The translations under genes and the position numbers were made by a program. Of a stretch of DNA of 64,000 bases, positions 40,701-49,025 are shown in pieces; the first letter of the stretch is position 1; each line of letters starts with the position of its first letter. A model generated the notes under the pieces. The model saw only the letters and a program-made list of their open reading frames with translations, did no database searches and was not told the DNA's origin. Origin of the DNA: an uncultured bacterium (GTDB lineage Bacteria > Bdellovibrionota_C > UBA2361 > CALJRW01); NCBI GenBank assembly GCA_937976335.1, contig CALJRW010000035.1:308-64307 (forward strand), in the 5' to 3' direction.

Positions 40701-41008
40701 GTCAATCTCTTAACTTATATATCGCACAACCAAGTGGTAAGAAGTTAAATGATATGTATGTTCTTGCATGGAAAAAAGGTCTTAAGACTACTTACTACCT
40801 AAGATCTTTAGGTGCAACGCAGATTGAAAAATCTACAACTGACGTTAATAAGCGTGGCCTTCAACCTCGGTGGATGAAAAATAAGTCAGCTTCAAGTGAA
40901 GTTAAGGTTGCAAGAGAAGAGGAAGTGCAAGAAAAAGCTAGTAGAGAAAAGTCAGCAATGCCAGCAGAAACTTGTAATTTAGATGGCGACTGTGAAAGTT
41001 GTCAGTGA
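37724..41008 (+). CDS. nrdA: Ribonucleotide reductase class Ia alpha subunit with multiple N-terminal ATP-cone domains
   Basis: 1094 aa; two clear ATP-cone repeats (VVKRNGMLVPFRNDRI.. and ILRRDGKKFVRFNPMKI..); catalytic core including NLCTEI and the C-terminal CxxC tail (CESCQ). Confidence 0.9.
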   Translation: MDQVGSQSEVSTQLKESQNLKNVEKVNTKTKDLNPNITVVKRNGMLVPFRNDRIFRAIEAAWRATKNVPVTEQISKEDYTAIQNIAFEVVKEATSMALKGACLTVEGIQDIVEVKLMESEKYDVARNYIVYRDEQKEVRDDSARNLKILRRDGKKFVRFNPMKIASAIEKTIRASRKIEGKSSREIIDTVNLLTNKVVAQARVLVADGETLEIERIQDEIERQMMAEGFYQEAKDFILYRAERSALRTLNKEDRVKEEVVVAKEESEVQEFNVTSKEGVVSKIKETDLRARVDYACANLKNVSAEEVYQDVIKNFYEGIKEDEIDQAYIMSARSKVETEPSYSSVTARILLDIIYKETFGVPAWAENVEESHREYFKKYIEKGIEYKRLTPELRDFDLNELAEALDMKRDLDFTYLGIQTIYDRYLIHENDVKIETPQIFWMRVAMGLSLGEGEQKNKRAIEFYDTLSQFNFVSSTPTLFNSGTCHSQMSSCYLSTTNDDLSHIFKVISDDAQLSKWAGGLGNDWTNVRATGSVIKGTNGRSQGVIPFLKVANDTAVAVNQGGKRKGAMCSYLETWHLDIEDFLELRKNTGDERRRTHDMNTANWIPDLFMERVVNNGNWTLFSPSDVSDLHDKYGTDFRTAYEKYEKMADSGEIKLFKRVEAVTIWRKMLSMLFETGHPWITFKDPSNIRSPQDHAGVVHSSNLCTEILLNTSESETAVCNLGSINLVKHTDENGLNREKVEKTVRTAMRMLDNVIDINFYPTPEAENSNMKHRPVGLGLMGFQDALYIQDYSYASPEAVRFADESQELISYYAILASSDLAKERGAYPSYKGSKWDRGLLPIDTIALLEEERGGGYLDVDSTASLDWTLVRKAIKENGMRNSNTMAIAPTATIANITGLTQSIEPTYKHLFAKSNLSGEFVVVNTYLVDKLKSLGIWDEEMVDDLKYFDGSLLEIERIPENVKKVYLTAFEIEPEWIIECASRRQKWIDMGQSLNLYIAQPSGKKLNDMYVLAWKKGLKTTYYLRSLGATQIEKSTTDVNKRGLQPRWMKNKSASSEVKVAREEEVQEKASREKSAMPAETCNLDGDCESCQ

Positions 41009-41059
41009 AAGTTGTCAGTAAGTTTTAAATAAATTTAGAATAATAAAAAAGGAGTAATT

Positions 41060-42127
41060 ATGGACTTTACAGGGGACACAGAAAATAAAAATACTGGAAA
41101 TATGGCCGGACAATCTGGCCGAGTTGACGTATCTCAGAAACGTTTAATTAACTGCAGTCAAGTAGATGTAAATCAGCTTATGCCGTTAAAGTATAAATGG
41201 GCATGGGAGCATTATAATAATGGTTGTGCAAATAACTGGATGCCAACAGAAGTTCCAATGGGAAAAGATATTGAACTTTGGAAATCAGATAAGTTAAGTG
41301 ATGACGAAAGATTAGTTATTATGAGAAATCTTGGTTTCTTTAGCACAGCAGAAAGTTTAGTAGGAAATAATATTGTTCTTGCAATCTTTAAGTATATTAC
41401 TAACCCAGAGTGCCGACAGTATTTACTAAGACAAGCTTTTGAAGAAGCTATTCATACTCATACTTTTCATTACGTTGTTGAATCTCTTTCTCTAGATCAA
41501 GGAGAAATATTTAATATGTATAATGAAGTTAATTCTATTCATGCTAAAGATCAGTTTGAGATGAATTTAACAGCGTCTATTATGGATCCAAACTTTAATA
41601 CTGACAGCTTAGAAGGAATGCAAAAATTTCTTGAAAACATGGTTGGTTTTTATGTCATCATGGAAGGTATTTTCTTCTATAGTGGATTTGTTATGATTTT
41701 ATCATTTCATCGTCAAAACAAACTGACTGGAATTGGTGAGCAATTTCAATATATTTTAAGAGATGAAACCATACATTTAAATTTTGGAATTGATTTAATT
41801 AATGGAATCAAAGCAGAAAATCCAGAAATTTGGACTCCGGAGTTTCAAAAACACATTAAAGAATTAATCCTTCAAGCAGTTGAGCTTGAAATTAAATATG
41901 CTCAAGATTGTCTGCCAAGAGGTATTCTTGGTCTTAGTGCTCCAATGTTTAAGGATTACGTTGAGTATATTGCTGACAGAAGACTAGAAAGAATTGGTCT
42001 AACAACTGAATTTGGTTCTAAAAACCCTTTTCCTTGGATGTCTGAAACTATTGATCTAGGAAAAGAAAAGAACTTTTTTGAAACTCGTGTTACTGAGTAT
42101 CAAACTGCTGCTTCTCTTGAGTGGTAA
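41060..42127 (+). CDS. nrdB: Ribonucleotide reductase class Ia beta subunit
   Basis: Di-iron ligand blocks (EAIHTH.., [18 protein letters not shown]); 355 aa; directly downstream of nrdA. Confidence 0.9.
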   Translation: MDFTGDTENKNTGNMAGQSGRVDVSQKRLINCSQVDVNQLMPLKYKWAWEHYNNGCANNWMPTEVPMGKDIELWKSDKLSDDERLVIMRNLGFFSTAESLVGNNIVLAIFKYITNPECRQYLLRQAFEEAIHTHTFHYVVESLSLDQGEIFNMYNEVNSIHAKDQFEMNLTASIMDPNFNTDSLEGMQKFLENMVGFYVIMEGIFFYSGFVMILSFHRQNKLTGIGEQFQYILRDETIHLNFGIDLINGIKAENPEIWTPEFQKHIKELILQAVELEIKYAQDCLPRGILGLSAPMFKDYVEYIADRRLERIGLTTEFGSKNPFPWMSETIDLGKEKNFFETRVTEYQTAASLEW

Positions 42128-42163
42128 AGAAGTAGAATAAATTAAATTTCACCTCCTTTGTGT

Positions 42164-42229
42164 AGGTGTGGGTGGTAGCTTTTCTCCCCAGAGTATATAA
42201 AAAGCTACCACCCACACCTCTTTTTTTGG
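42164..42229 (+). terminator. Rho-independent terminator after nrdB
   Basis: Perfect 20-bp inverted repeat AGGTGTGGGTGGTAGCTTTT / AAAAGCTACCACCCACACCT followed by a T8 run. Confidence 0.6.
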
Positions 42230-42341
42230 GCTGCTTTTTCCGAATCTCGAAAAATTATTGTAACAGCAAATGCTCGGAGTACTGGTGTACACCTGCGCTT
42301 TGCTATTACAATAATTTTTCGACCTTCGAAAAAATCAGCCC
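42228..42341. repeat. Long imperfect palindromic element (family C, copy 1), MITE/REP-like
   Basis: About 45-bp arms (gggctgctttttccgaatctcgaaaaattattgtaacagcaaatgc / reverse complement) around a 23-nt loop containing the palindrome gtgtacac. Confidence 0.5.
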
Positions 42342-42356
42342 AAAAAATAACGTGAT

Positions 42357-42450
42357 GGTAGCTTTTTCCGAATCTTGAAAAATATTATGCTAGCAAATGT
42401 TTGGAGTACTAGTGTACACATGTGCTTTGCTGGTATGATAATTTTATGTG
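42357..42450. repeat. Degenerate tandem second copy of the family C element
   Basis: About 85% identity to copy 1 over the left arm and loop (gtagctttttccgaatcttgaaaaatattatgctagcaaatgtttggagtactagtgtacacatgtgctttgc). Confidence 0.45.
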
Positions 42451-42534
42451 TTTATTACGGCTAGCTAGGCTTGGCTATAAGATCTCACTCACCTAACAAA
42501 TGTCGTTGGGAATAAAACACTTATCTAATAAATT

Positions 42535-43140
42535 ATGTCTAATGAAACTAAAAAAAATGCTTGGAAAGATTACTATGAAGTATGGAGAGGTAGAGAGTGT
42601 AGCAAACTTTTAGTAAAGACTCTCAACGCTTGTGAAAGTTTTATTGAAGTTTCTCAGGCTGTAGATTTAGGAGCAGGAACAGGAAGAGACACTTTTGAGC
42701 TTTTAAAAAGAGGATGGAAAGTTTTAGCTATTGACTGTGAGAAAGAGTCGATTCAGATTATCGTAGAAGATACGCCTAAGGAATTTAAAGCTAATCTTAC
42801 AACGCAAGTTGGTAAATTTTCTGAAGTAAAGTTACCAAATAATAAGTTAATAGTTGCTTCTTTCTCACTTTTTTTCTCAGAACTTAATCAATTTAAAACA
42901 ACTTGGGATTTAATTTTAAAAAGCCAAGATAAAAATGCTGTTTTTGCGGGAACGTTTCTTGGAGTTAAGGATTCATGGAATTCAAGAAATGGGATTACTA
43001 CTTCGACAAAAGAGCAAATAGTAGAGATGATGTCATCTTTTGATATCATTAGCCTAGACGAAGAAGAGTATGACGGAGAAACAGCTAATAAAAAAAGTAA
43101 ACACTGGCATTACTTTTCTGTTATTGGAAGAAAGAAATAG
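42535..43140 (+). CDS. Class I SAM-dependent methyltransferase (TehB-like)
   Basis: SAM-binding motif VDLGAGTGRD, acidic residue after beta2 (LAIDCE), 201 aa. Confidence 0.5.
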   Translation: MSNETKKNAWKDYYEVWRGRECSKLLVKTLNACESFIEVSQAVDLGAGTGRDTFELLKRGWKVLAIDCEKESIQIIVEDTPKEFKANLTTQVGKFSEVKLPNNKLIVASFSLFFSELNQFKTTWDLILKSQDKNAVFAGTFLGVKDSWNSRNGITTSTKEQIVEMMSSFDIISLDEEEYDGETANKKSKHWHYFSVIGRKK

Positions 43141-43564
43141 ATTTTATAAAATATTTTTGGTAATCTACGTCGTCTTTAGTTGTACGCTCAATAGTTTGGA
43201 AAGAAACTGCTATTCCACCGATAATAGCAAATTTGATGTCATTCTTAGTAAACCAAGAAACCATTTCTCTAATACTATTCTCAAACTCTTTCACTTACTT
43301 AAACCTATCAAGATTTCCTGGAACTCCTTCTCCATCACCGTATTCGGCGCCTGGTCTATGCAAATACCAATTTTTTAGTTCTAAGGCTATTTCAGATTCA
43401 GTTAAATTAGGTTTTTTCTTTTTTAGTTTATGCAAAAAAGCTCTTTCGCTAAGTTTTAAAAGTTCTGAAATAATTTTAAGTTTATTAATACAATTTTTCA
43501 TTTACAAAAACTCTACCACCCAATATTATTGTATCATTTACCATATTTATCAGCAACAAATTAC

Positions 43565-44203
43565 ATGAATAACGATAGCCACTTTAAAAAAATCAGAAAA
43601 GAATACCGTTTATATAGCTTAAGTATTTCCAATACAAAGAAGCTACCCATCGAACAATTTAAATTTTGGTATAAAGAAGCAGTAGAAAAAAATCTTTCTC
43701 AACCGAATGCTATTAGTCTTGCGACAATAAATGAAGCTTTAAAACCAACATTAAGAATGGTTTTATTTAAAGGCTTAATAGATGATGCTTTCACATTTTA
43801 TACAAACTATGAGAGTAAAAAAGGAAAAGATATAGAGAAAAATAAAAATGTAGCTCTTTTATTCTTTTGGGACTGTTTAGAACGTCAGATAAGAATTGAA
43901 GGAAGCGCACAAAAAATTTCTCGAGAAGAGAGCGAAAACTATTTTAATTCAAGACCAAAGGGAGCACAAATTAGTGCAATTGTATCTCCACAAAGTGACG
44001 TAATAAGTTCTAGGGAAGAATTAGAAAAGAAATACAAAACTGCAGAAAATAATCAAAATATTACTTGTCCAGAAAACTGGGGCGGGTACAAAGTAATTCC
44101 TAGCTATTTTGAATTTTGGCAAGGTCGAGAAGGGCGTTTACATGATAGGATTGTGTATGAGCTCGAAGATAATTCCTGGAATAAGCGTAGATTAGCCCCC
44201 TAA
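43565..44203 (+). CDS. pdxH: Pyridoxamine 5'-phosphate oxidase
   Basis: Conserved PdxH blocks (ATINE..PTLRMVLFKG, RQIRIEG, FEFWQGREGRLHDR). Start moved to internal Met13, since the ORF-track start overlaps upstream small ORFs. Confidence 0.7.
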   Translation: MNNDSHFKKIRKEYRLYSLSISNTKKLPIEQFKFWYKEAVEKNLSQPNAISLATINEALKPTLRMVLFKGLIDDAFTFYTNYESKKGKDIEKNKNVALLFFWDCLERQIRIEGSAQKISREESENYFNSRPKGAQISAIVSPQSDVISSREELEKKYKTAENNQNITCPENWGGYKVIPSYFEFWQGREGRLHDRIVYELEDNSWNKRRLAP

Positions 44204-44276
44204 CTTCAGCACGAAGTCGAGTTTTCATGTTGAAAAATTGAAAAATATGAAATAGACAGTTAGTCTATAGTAAGAA

Positions 44277-45128
44277 ATGAATAACAATAAAACTCTTCTT
44301 TTAGGTTCTGGTTACTCTCTGTCAAAATTAGCTTTGATATGCGATAAAAATAATATTTTACTCACAACCAGAAGCTCAGAAAAAAAACAAAAATTTATTA
44401 AAAAAGGCTTTAATGTTGAATTACTTGATATTAAGAGATTTGATGATGTAAAAAGTTTTTTTGATGAATTTAATAAATTTGAATTAATTATAGATAGTAT
44501 ACCACCAGTAGATAATGAACTAGGTGTAAAGAAAAATTTAGTTAATACTCTTAAAGATTATCCTTTAAAAAGATATTTCTATTTAAGCACAACTGGAGTT
44601 TATGGAAAAACTGATGGTTTGCTTACTACTGAAAAAACAGAGCGCACTCCAATATCTGAAAGAGGACAGAGAAGGCTTGATACTGAAAATTTACTTCTTA
44701 ATTCATTAAATTGCTCTGTTACAAATTTTAGATTGCCTGGAATTTATGGACCAGGTAGAGGAACTGGTATAGCACTAAAAAATAAAAGATATCCATACAT
44801 AGAAAACGGTAGTCGTTGGTCTAATAGAGTTCATGTAGATGATATAGTTGGTGTTTTGAAAAAAAGTATATCAATTACAGAGGAATTACCGACTTTTCTG
44901 AATTTATGCGATAGTCATCCGACTTTAACAAAAGATGTTGTTAAATTTTATTGTGAAAAATTTAATTTAGAACTGCCCAAATCTATATCTTACAAGGAAG
45001 CTGAAGAGAAAGGCTATCAAAGCTTACTTGCTAATCATAAAGTTTCAAATGAACTTTTACTTAAAACCCTAAATTATCAGTTTAAGTATCCTTCGTATAT
45101 TGAAGGGGCAGGAACAGAATATGAGTAA
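44277..45128 (+). CDS. NAD-dependent epimerase/dehydratase-family (atypical SDR) protein
   Basis: N-terminal LLLGSGYSLSKL Rossmann-like stretch and RLPGIYGPGRG motif. Confidence 0.4.
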   Translation: MNNNKTLLLGSGYSLSKLALICDKNNILLTTRSSEKKQKFIKKGFNVELLDIKRFDDVKSFFDEFNKFELIIDSIPPVDNELGVKKNLVNTLKDYPLKRYFYLSTTGVYGKTDGLLTTEKTERTPISERGQRRLDTENLLLNSLNCSVTNFRLPGIYGPGRGTGIALKNKRYPYIENGSRWSNRVHVDDIVGVLKKSISITEELPTFLNLCDSHPTLTKDVVKFYCEKFNLELPKSISYKEAEEKGYQSLLANHKVSNELLLKTLNYQFKYPSYIEGAGTEYE

Positions 45129-45966
45129 GAGATTTGTTTTTTCAAAGAAAGTTTCAATTATATGTTTTTTATTAATATGTCTTTTTTTAAGATTATCATA
45201 CTGGCAATTTGAAAGACATAATGAAAAAAAAGAATTAATTAAGGAGTTAGCCAGTAGATTAGAAATTACTCCAGAATCGATAGGAGAAGTTTTAAATAAA
45301 AATACTAATTGGGAAAATTTAATTCATAGAAAATTTATAGTAGAAGGTGAATTTGATTTTAATAATGAAGTTCTTTTACGTAATAGAAGAATGGAAGGAC
45401 TTCCTGGAGTTCATGTAATTACACCCTTAAAAATTAAAAATACAGAAAAATATATTTTAGTTAATAGAGGCTATATTCCTTTAGCTTATGCTAAAGGAAA
45501 AAATTTAACTAAAATAAATAGAGTGAAAAAAGTGAATTTTGTAGGCTTAGTTAAAAAAAGTCAAAAGCGAAAAATGTTTGCACCAAAAGATCCTGAAATT
45601 TCTAAAAAAATCCCAAAAGTAAAATCATGGTTAAGAGTTAATATTCCAAAAATTCAAAAGCAATTAAAATATAAATTACTTCCGGTATGGCTAGAAATAA
45701 CAAATGAAGAAATTTCTAACAATAAGCTTGTAGTTGAATTAACAAAAACTACATCAGGAAAAGCTGAAATTTTAAGTCTACCCTTAAGAGGAATTTCTGC
45801 AAAACAATCCCTTAATCTTCCTGTAACTCATAAAGCTTACCCAATTCCTGTTTTTAATACCTTTATTCCTCCAGGACGTCATTTTGGATATATTTTTGAA
45901 TGGGGCTTTATGGCTTTAATGACCTTACTTATTTGTATTGTTATGCAATTTAAGAGGAATAAATAA
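45121..45966 (+). CDS. SURF1-family cytochrome oxidase assembly protein
   Basis: N-terminal TM segment followed by LSYWQFERH (SURF1 LGxWQxxR motif), C-terminal TM segment; about 280 aa. Confidence 0.5.
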   Translation: MSKRFVFSKKVSIICFLLICLFLRLSYWQFERHNEKKELIKELASRLEITPESIGEVLNKNTNWENLIHRKFIVEGEFDFNNEVLLRNRRMEGLPGVHVITPLKIKNTEKYILVNRGYIPLAYAKGKNLTKINRVKKVNFVGLVKKSQKRKMFAPKDPEISKKIPKVKSWLRVNIPKIQKQLKYKLLPVWLEITNEEISNNKLVVELTKTTSGKAEILSLPLRGISAKQSLNLPVTHKAYPIPVFNTFIPPGRHFGYIFEWGFMALMTLLICIVMQFKRNK

Positions 45967-46107
45967 AGAGTATTCTCTTGTATAAATTTTTGAAGCTTTT
46001 TCTAAGCAAGTATCTACCCTAAATAGTAGTAAAAATGTTACCTTCATTAATGTAAATTTAGAGTTTTTTAGCGTAAATTTAACACTCTTAACTAATAAAG
46101 GTATTTA

Positions 46108-47796
46108 ATGAAAAATATTTTATCAAACGTAAAAGGAGATCTTTTTGGCGGTTTAACAGCCGGAATCGTTGCTCTTCCCCTTGCACTTGCATTTGGTGAA
46201 CAAACAGAACTAGGTGCAATAGCTGGTCTTTACGGAGCTATCGCTATAGGCATATTTGCAGCTATTTTTGGAGGAACTCCAACTCAGATAAGTGGTCCTA
46301 CTGCTCCAATGACAGTTGTTTCGGCAGTTATTATTGCTGACTCAATAAAATATGCAGGTTCTTTTGAGGCTGGATTGCCAATTGTTATCGCAACATTTGT
46401 GCTTGCTGGATTCTTTCAGGTAATGCTTGGGCTATTTAAGTTAGGTAGTTACATTAAGTATGTCCCCTATCCGGTTGTTTCAGGTTTTATGAGTGGCATC
46501 GGTGTTATTATAGTTATTTCTCAGATTTTTCCTTTTTTTGGTGTAAATTCTCCTGATGGTGGGGTAATGGCCACAATCAATTCTATTCATAAAATTCCTG
46601 AGATAGTTAATGTTTTTTCGATAATTATAGCTTTATCAACGATAGTAATCATTTATTTACTTCCTAAATTGACTAAAAAAATTCCATCAACATTAGTTGC
46701 CTTATTTGTTGTTTCTATTTTGGCATATTTTTTAATTCCTGAAGGACAAATTCTAAAGCTTAATTCAAGTGCTTCTATACCGAGTGGTTTACCTAAAATA
46801 TACACAAATTTCTTTAGTGTTTTTTTAGATGCTAAACATTTTCTTATTGTTATCGAATATGCAGCAACTCTTGCTGCGCTTGGTGCGATTGATTCTCTTT
46901 TAACATCTTTAGTTGCTGATAATATGACTAAAACTAAACATCGAAGTAACCAAGAGTTAGTTGGACAAGGATTAGGTAATATCGTAGCTGGTTTTATTGG
47001 TGGCTTGCCAGGCGCAGGAGCAACAATGCGAACTGTTATTAATATTAACAGTGGTGGAAAAACAAAACTATCAGGAGTAGTGGCAGGAATGTTACTACTT
47101 ACTGTTCTTTTAGGTTTGGGAAAACTTGTTGGTCATATACCAAATGCAGTCCTTGCTGGAATTTTAATAACAGTTGGAATTGGTATAATTGATTACAAAG
47201 GTTTTAGATATATGAAAGTCATGCCGCGATCGGAGACTTTAATCATGCTTTCTGTTTTATTTTTAACCGTTACTGTTGATTTATTGTTTGCTGTTGCGTT
47301 TGGTATGGTTTTTGCGGCAATTCTTTTTATGAAAAATATTTCTGACTTTGTTGAAAGTAAAACTTACTCAGAATCACTTCAGAGCTTTTCTAGAGAAATT
47401 CCATGGCTTGATGAAGGTGACATAGAGGATAGCATAGGTGATAAAATTTATATAAAGCATTTAGAAGGTCCTATGTTTTTTGGTTCTTCTTCACGATTTA
47501 AAGACATGATCAATGCACTTCCTGAGATTGAGACTGTAATTTTTAGAGTGGATAGAGTGCCATATATTGATCAATCAGGTTTAATTTCTTTAGAAAGTGC
47601 TTGTTTGGATTTTGAAAATAGAGGAATTAACGTTGCTTTTATTGGCTTGCAAGGTCAGCCAAAAGATTTGCTACATAAGGTTAAAATTATACCAAATCTT
47701 GTTCCAGAAAATATGGTTTTTGATAAATTTAAAGACTGTTTAGCTTGGCTTGAATCAAAGTATGATGGAATATTACATAAGAATTTGACTGCTTAG
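46108..47796 (+). CDS. SulP-family anion transporter with C-terminal STAS domain
   Basis: 562 aa; SulP N-terminal block (GDLFGGLTAGIVALPLALAFG); STAS-like C-terminal domain. Confidence 0.8.
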   Translation: MKNILSNVKGDLFGGLTAGIVALPLALAFGEQTELGAIAGLYGAIAIGIFAAIFGGTPTQISGPTAPMTVVSAVIIADSIKYAGSFEAGLPIVIATFVLAGFFQVMLGLFKLGSYIKYVPYPVVSGFMSGIGVIIVISQIFPFFGVNSPDGGVMATINSIHKIPEIVNVFSIIIALSTIVIIYLLPKLTKKIPSTLVALFVVSILAYFLIPEGQILKLNSSASIPSGLPKIYTNFFSVFLDAKHFLIVIEYAATLAALGAIDSLLTSLVADNMTKTKHRSNQELVGQGLGNIVAGFIGGLPGAGATMRTVININSGGKTKLSGVVAGMLLLTVLLGLGKLVGHIPNAVLAGILITVGIGIIDYKGFRYMKVMPRSETLIMLSVLFLTVTVDLLFAVAFGMVFAAILFMKNISDFVESKTYSESLQSFSREIPWLDEGDIEDSIGDKIYIKHLEGPMFFGSSSRFKDMINALPEIETVIFRVDRVPYIDQSGLISLESACLDFENRGINVAFIGLQGQPKDLLHKVKIIPNLVPENMVFDKFKDCLAWLESKYDGILHKNLTA

Positions 47797-47967
47797 TCAA
47801 AAATTAAACAGGAAAGTATGATTCCTGAATAAGCACTGACTTTCCTTAAAGCAGGAAATAAAAAATTTGTCTCGGGAAAGCCTCTAAAAAGAGATTTAAA
47901 TACTTCAGTAGCTTAGCTTTTGTAATACTTTTTTATCCAAAATTCAGCTTTATAAACAGTCTTAAAA

Positions 47968-48115
47968 GTAATTTCCGAAAAATTGAGATATACCCGTCGT
48001 CATTTAGTTTTTCCACTTTCTGTCTAAGACCTGATCGGTCTTAGCCTAGTTTTGACGGGTATATCTTATCTTCCCTCCGGGAGACTTTCGGAAATTTTCA
48101 ATTTCCTTCAGTATA
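47968..48115. repeat. MITE-like element, family A copy 1 (terminal inverted repeats plus nested hairpins)
   Basis: TIR gtaatttccgaaaaatt ... aattttccgaaagtc(rc). Internal stem atacccgtc/gacgggtat encloses a second hairpin gtctaagacc-tgatc-ggtcttag. About 98% identical to 57258-57393. Confidence 0.6.
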
Positions 48116-48135
48116 GCTATTAGGACAGTTTAAAC

Positions 48136-48945
48136 TTATGAGGGCAGAAAATCCCAAAGTAATTCAAATACTGTCATCATAGATCTATAATAATCAGGGT
48201 GTTTAATTTGAATGACCATTTCTTGTCCTGGTGTATAGTTAGTTAAAAACACTGTGCCTTCAGATAAAATAAAATCAGTGGGAATACTATATTTTTTAGG
48301 AACGACTTTTACTTGATGATTATCGTTATCGATATTTTTCAAATACCATTTGAGCTGTTTTCCTTTAACTGCGATATCTCTAATTTTATATTTAGTTTTT
48401 GAGCTTGAAGTAAGAAATTTTTTAATTAAATTTTTAGCTTCAGGATCAACGCATATGGCATCAATATCAAAAATTGCAGAAAAATGAGAAGTAGTTAAGA
48501 TATCTAGCAATAAAGAATATACGGCTTCTTTTGATTCAGTTGAAAGTATTTTATAAGTACCAAAATTTTCTTTTATTTTTGTTTGTTCTATTTGTGAAAA
48601 ATATTCTTCGAGTAGTTTGCTAGCTCGACTGATATTGTCAAAGTTTGCTTGCGCTTTATTAACTAAGACTTGAGGAATAAGTTTAGTGTCAATAGCTTGA
48701 TAACTTGCTCCTCTTTTCCCTTGTTCTCTAATAACTAAGCCACGAGATTCAAGTGAGCTAATAGCTGAATAGATAGTAGTTCTTTTTGCGTCAATTCGCT
48801 TTGCGATAAGCCCTCCAGGGCTTGGCCCTTTTTCTACTAAATAAAGCAAAACTCTCTGTTCATTTGTATTGAGTCCACAAGTTTTAAGAATTTCTAAGTC
48901 AATCATAAGTGTTGTCGAAATTAAATCGACAAAATTACTATACAT
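48136..48945 (-). CDS. TrmB-family transcriptional regulator (second copy)
   Basis: N-terminal NEQRVLLYLVEKGPSPGGLIAKRIDAKRTTIYSAISSLESRGLV wHTH; 269 aa; divergent from a transporter gene. Confidence 0.45.
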   Translation of the reverse strand: MYSNFVDLISTTLMIDLEILKTCGLNTNEQRVLLYLVEKGPSPGGLIAKRIDAKRTTIYSAISSLESRGLVIREQGKRGASYQAIDTKLIPQVLVNKAQANFDNISRASKLLEEYFSQIEQTKIKENFGTYKILSTESKEAVYSLLLDILTTSHFSAIFDIDAICVDPEAKNLIKKFLTSSSKTKYKIRDIAVKGKQLKWYLKNIDNDNHQVKVVPKKYSIPTDFILSEGTVFLTNYTPGQEMVIQIKHPDYYRSMMTVFELLWDFLPS

Positions 48946-49025
48946 AATATACTAATTTAATTCAAAATTAATTTAAGACTCTTTAAGTTGCTTGATTAGT
49001 GCCGTCAAAATAGTAGTTTGATAGT

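Noticed and set aside
42166-42378. 70-aa ORF spanning the nrdB terminator and family C repeat
   Set aside because: Runs through a perfect terminator hairpin and palindromic repeats; an artefact of repeat sequence.
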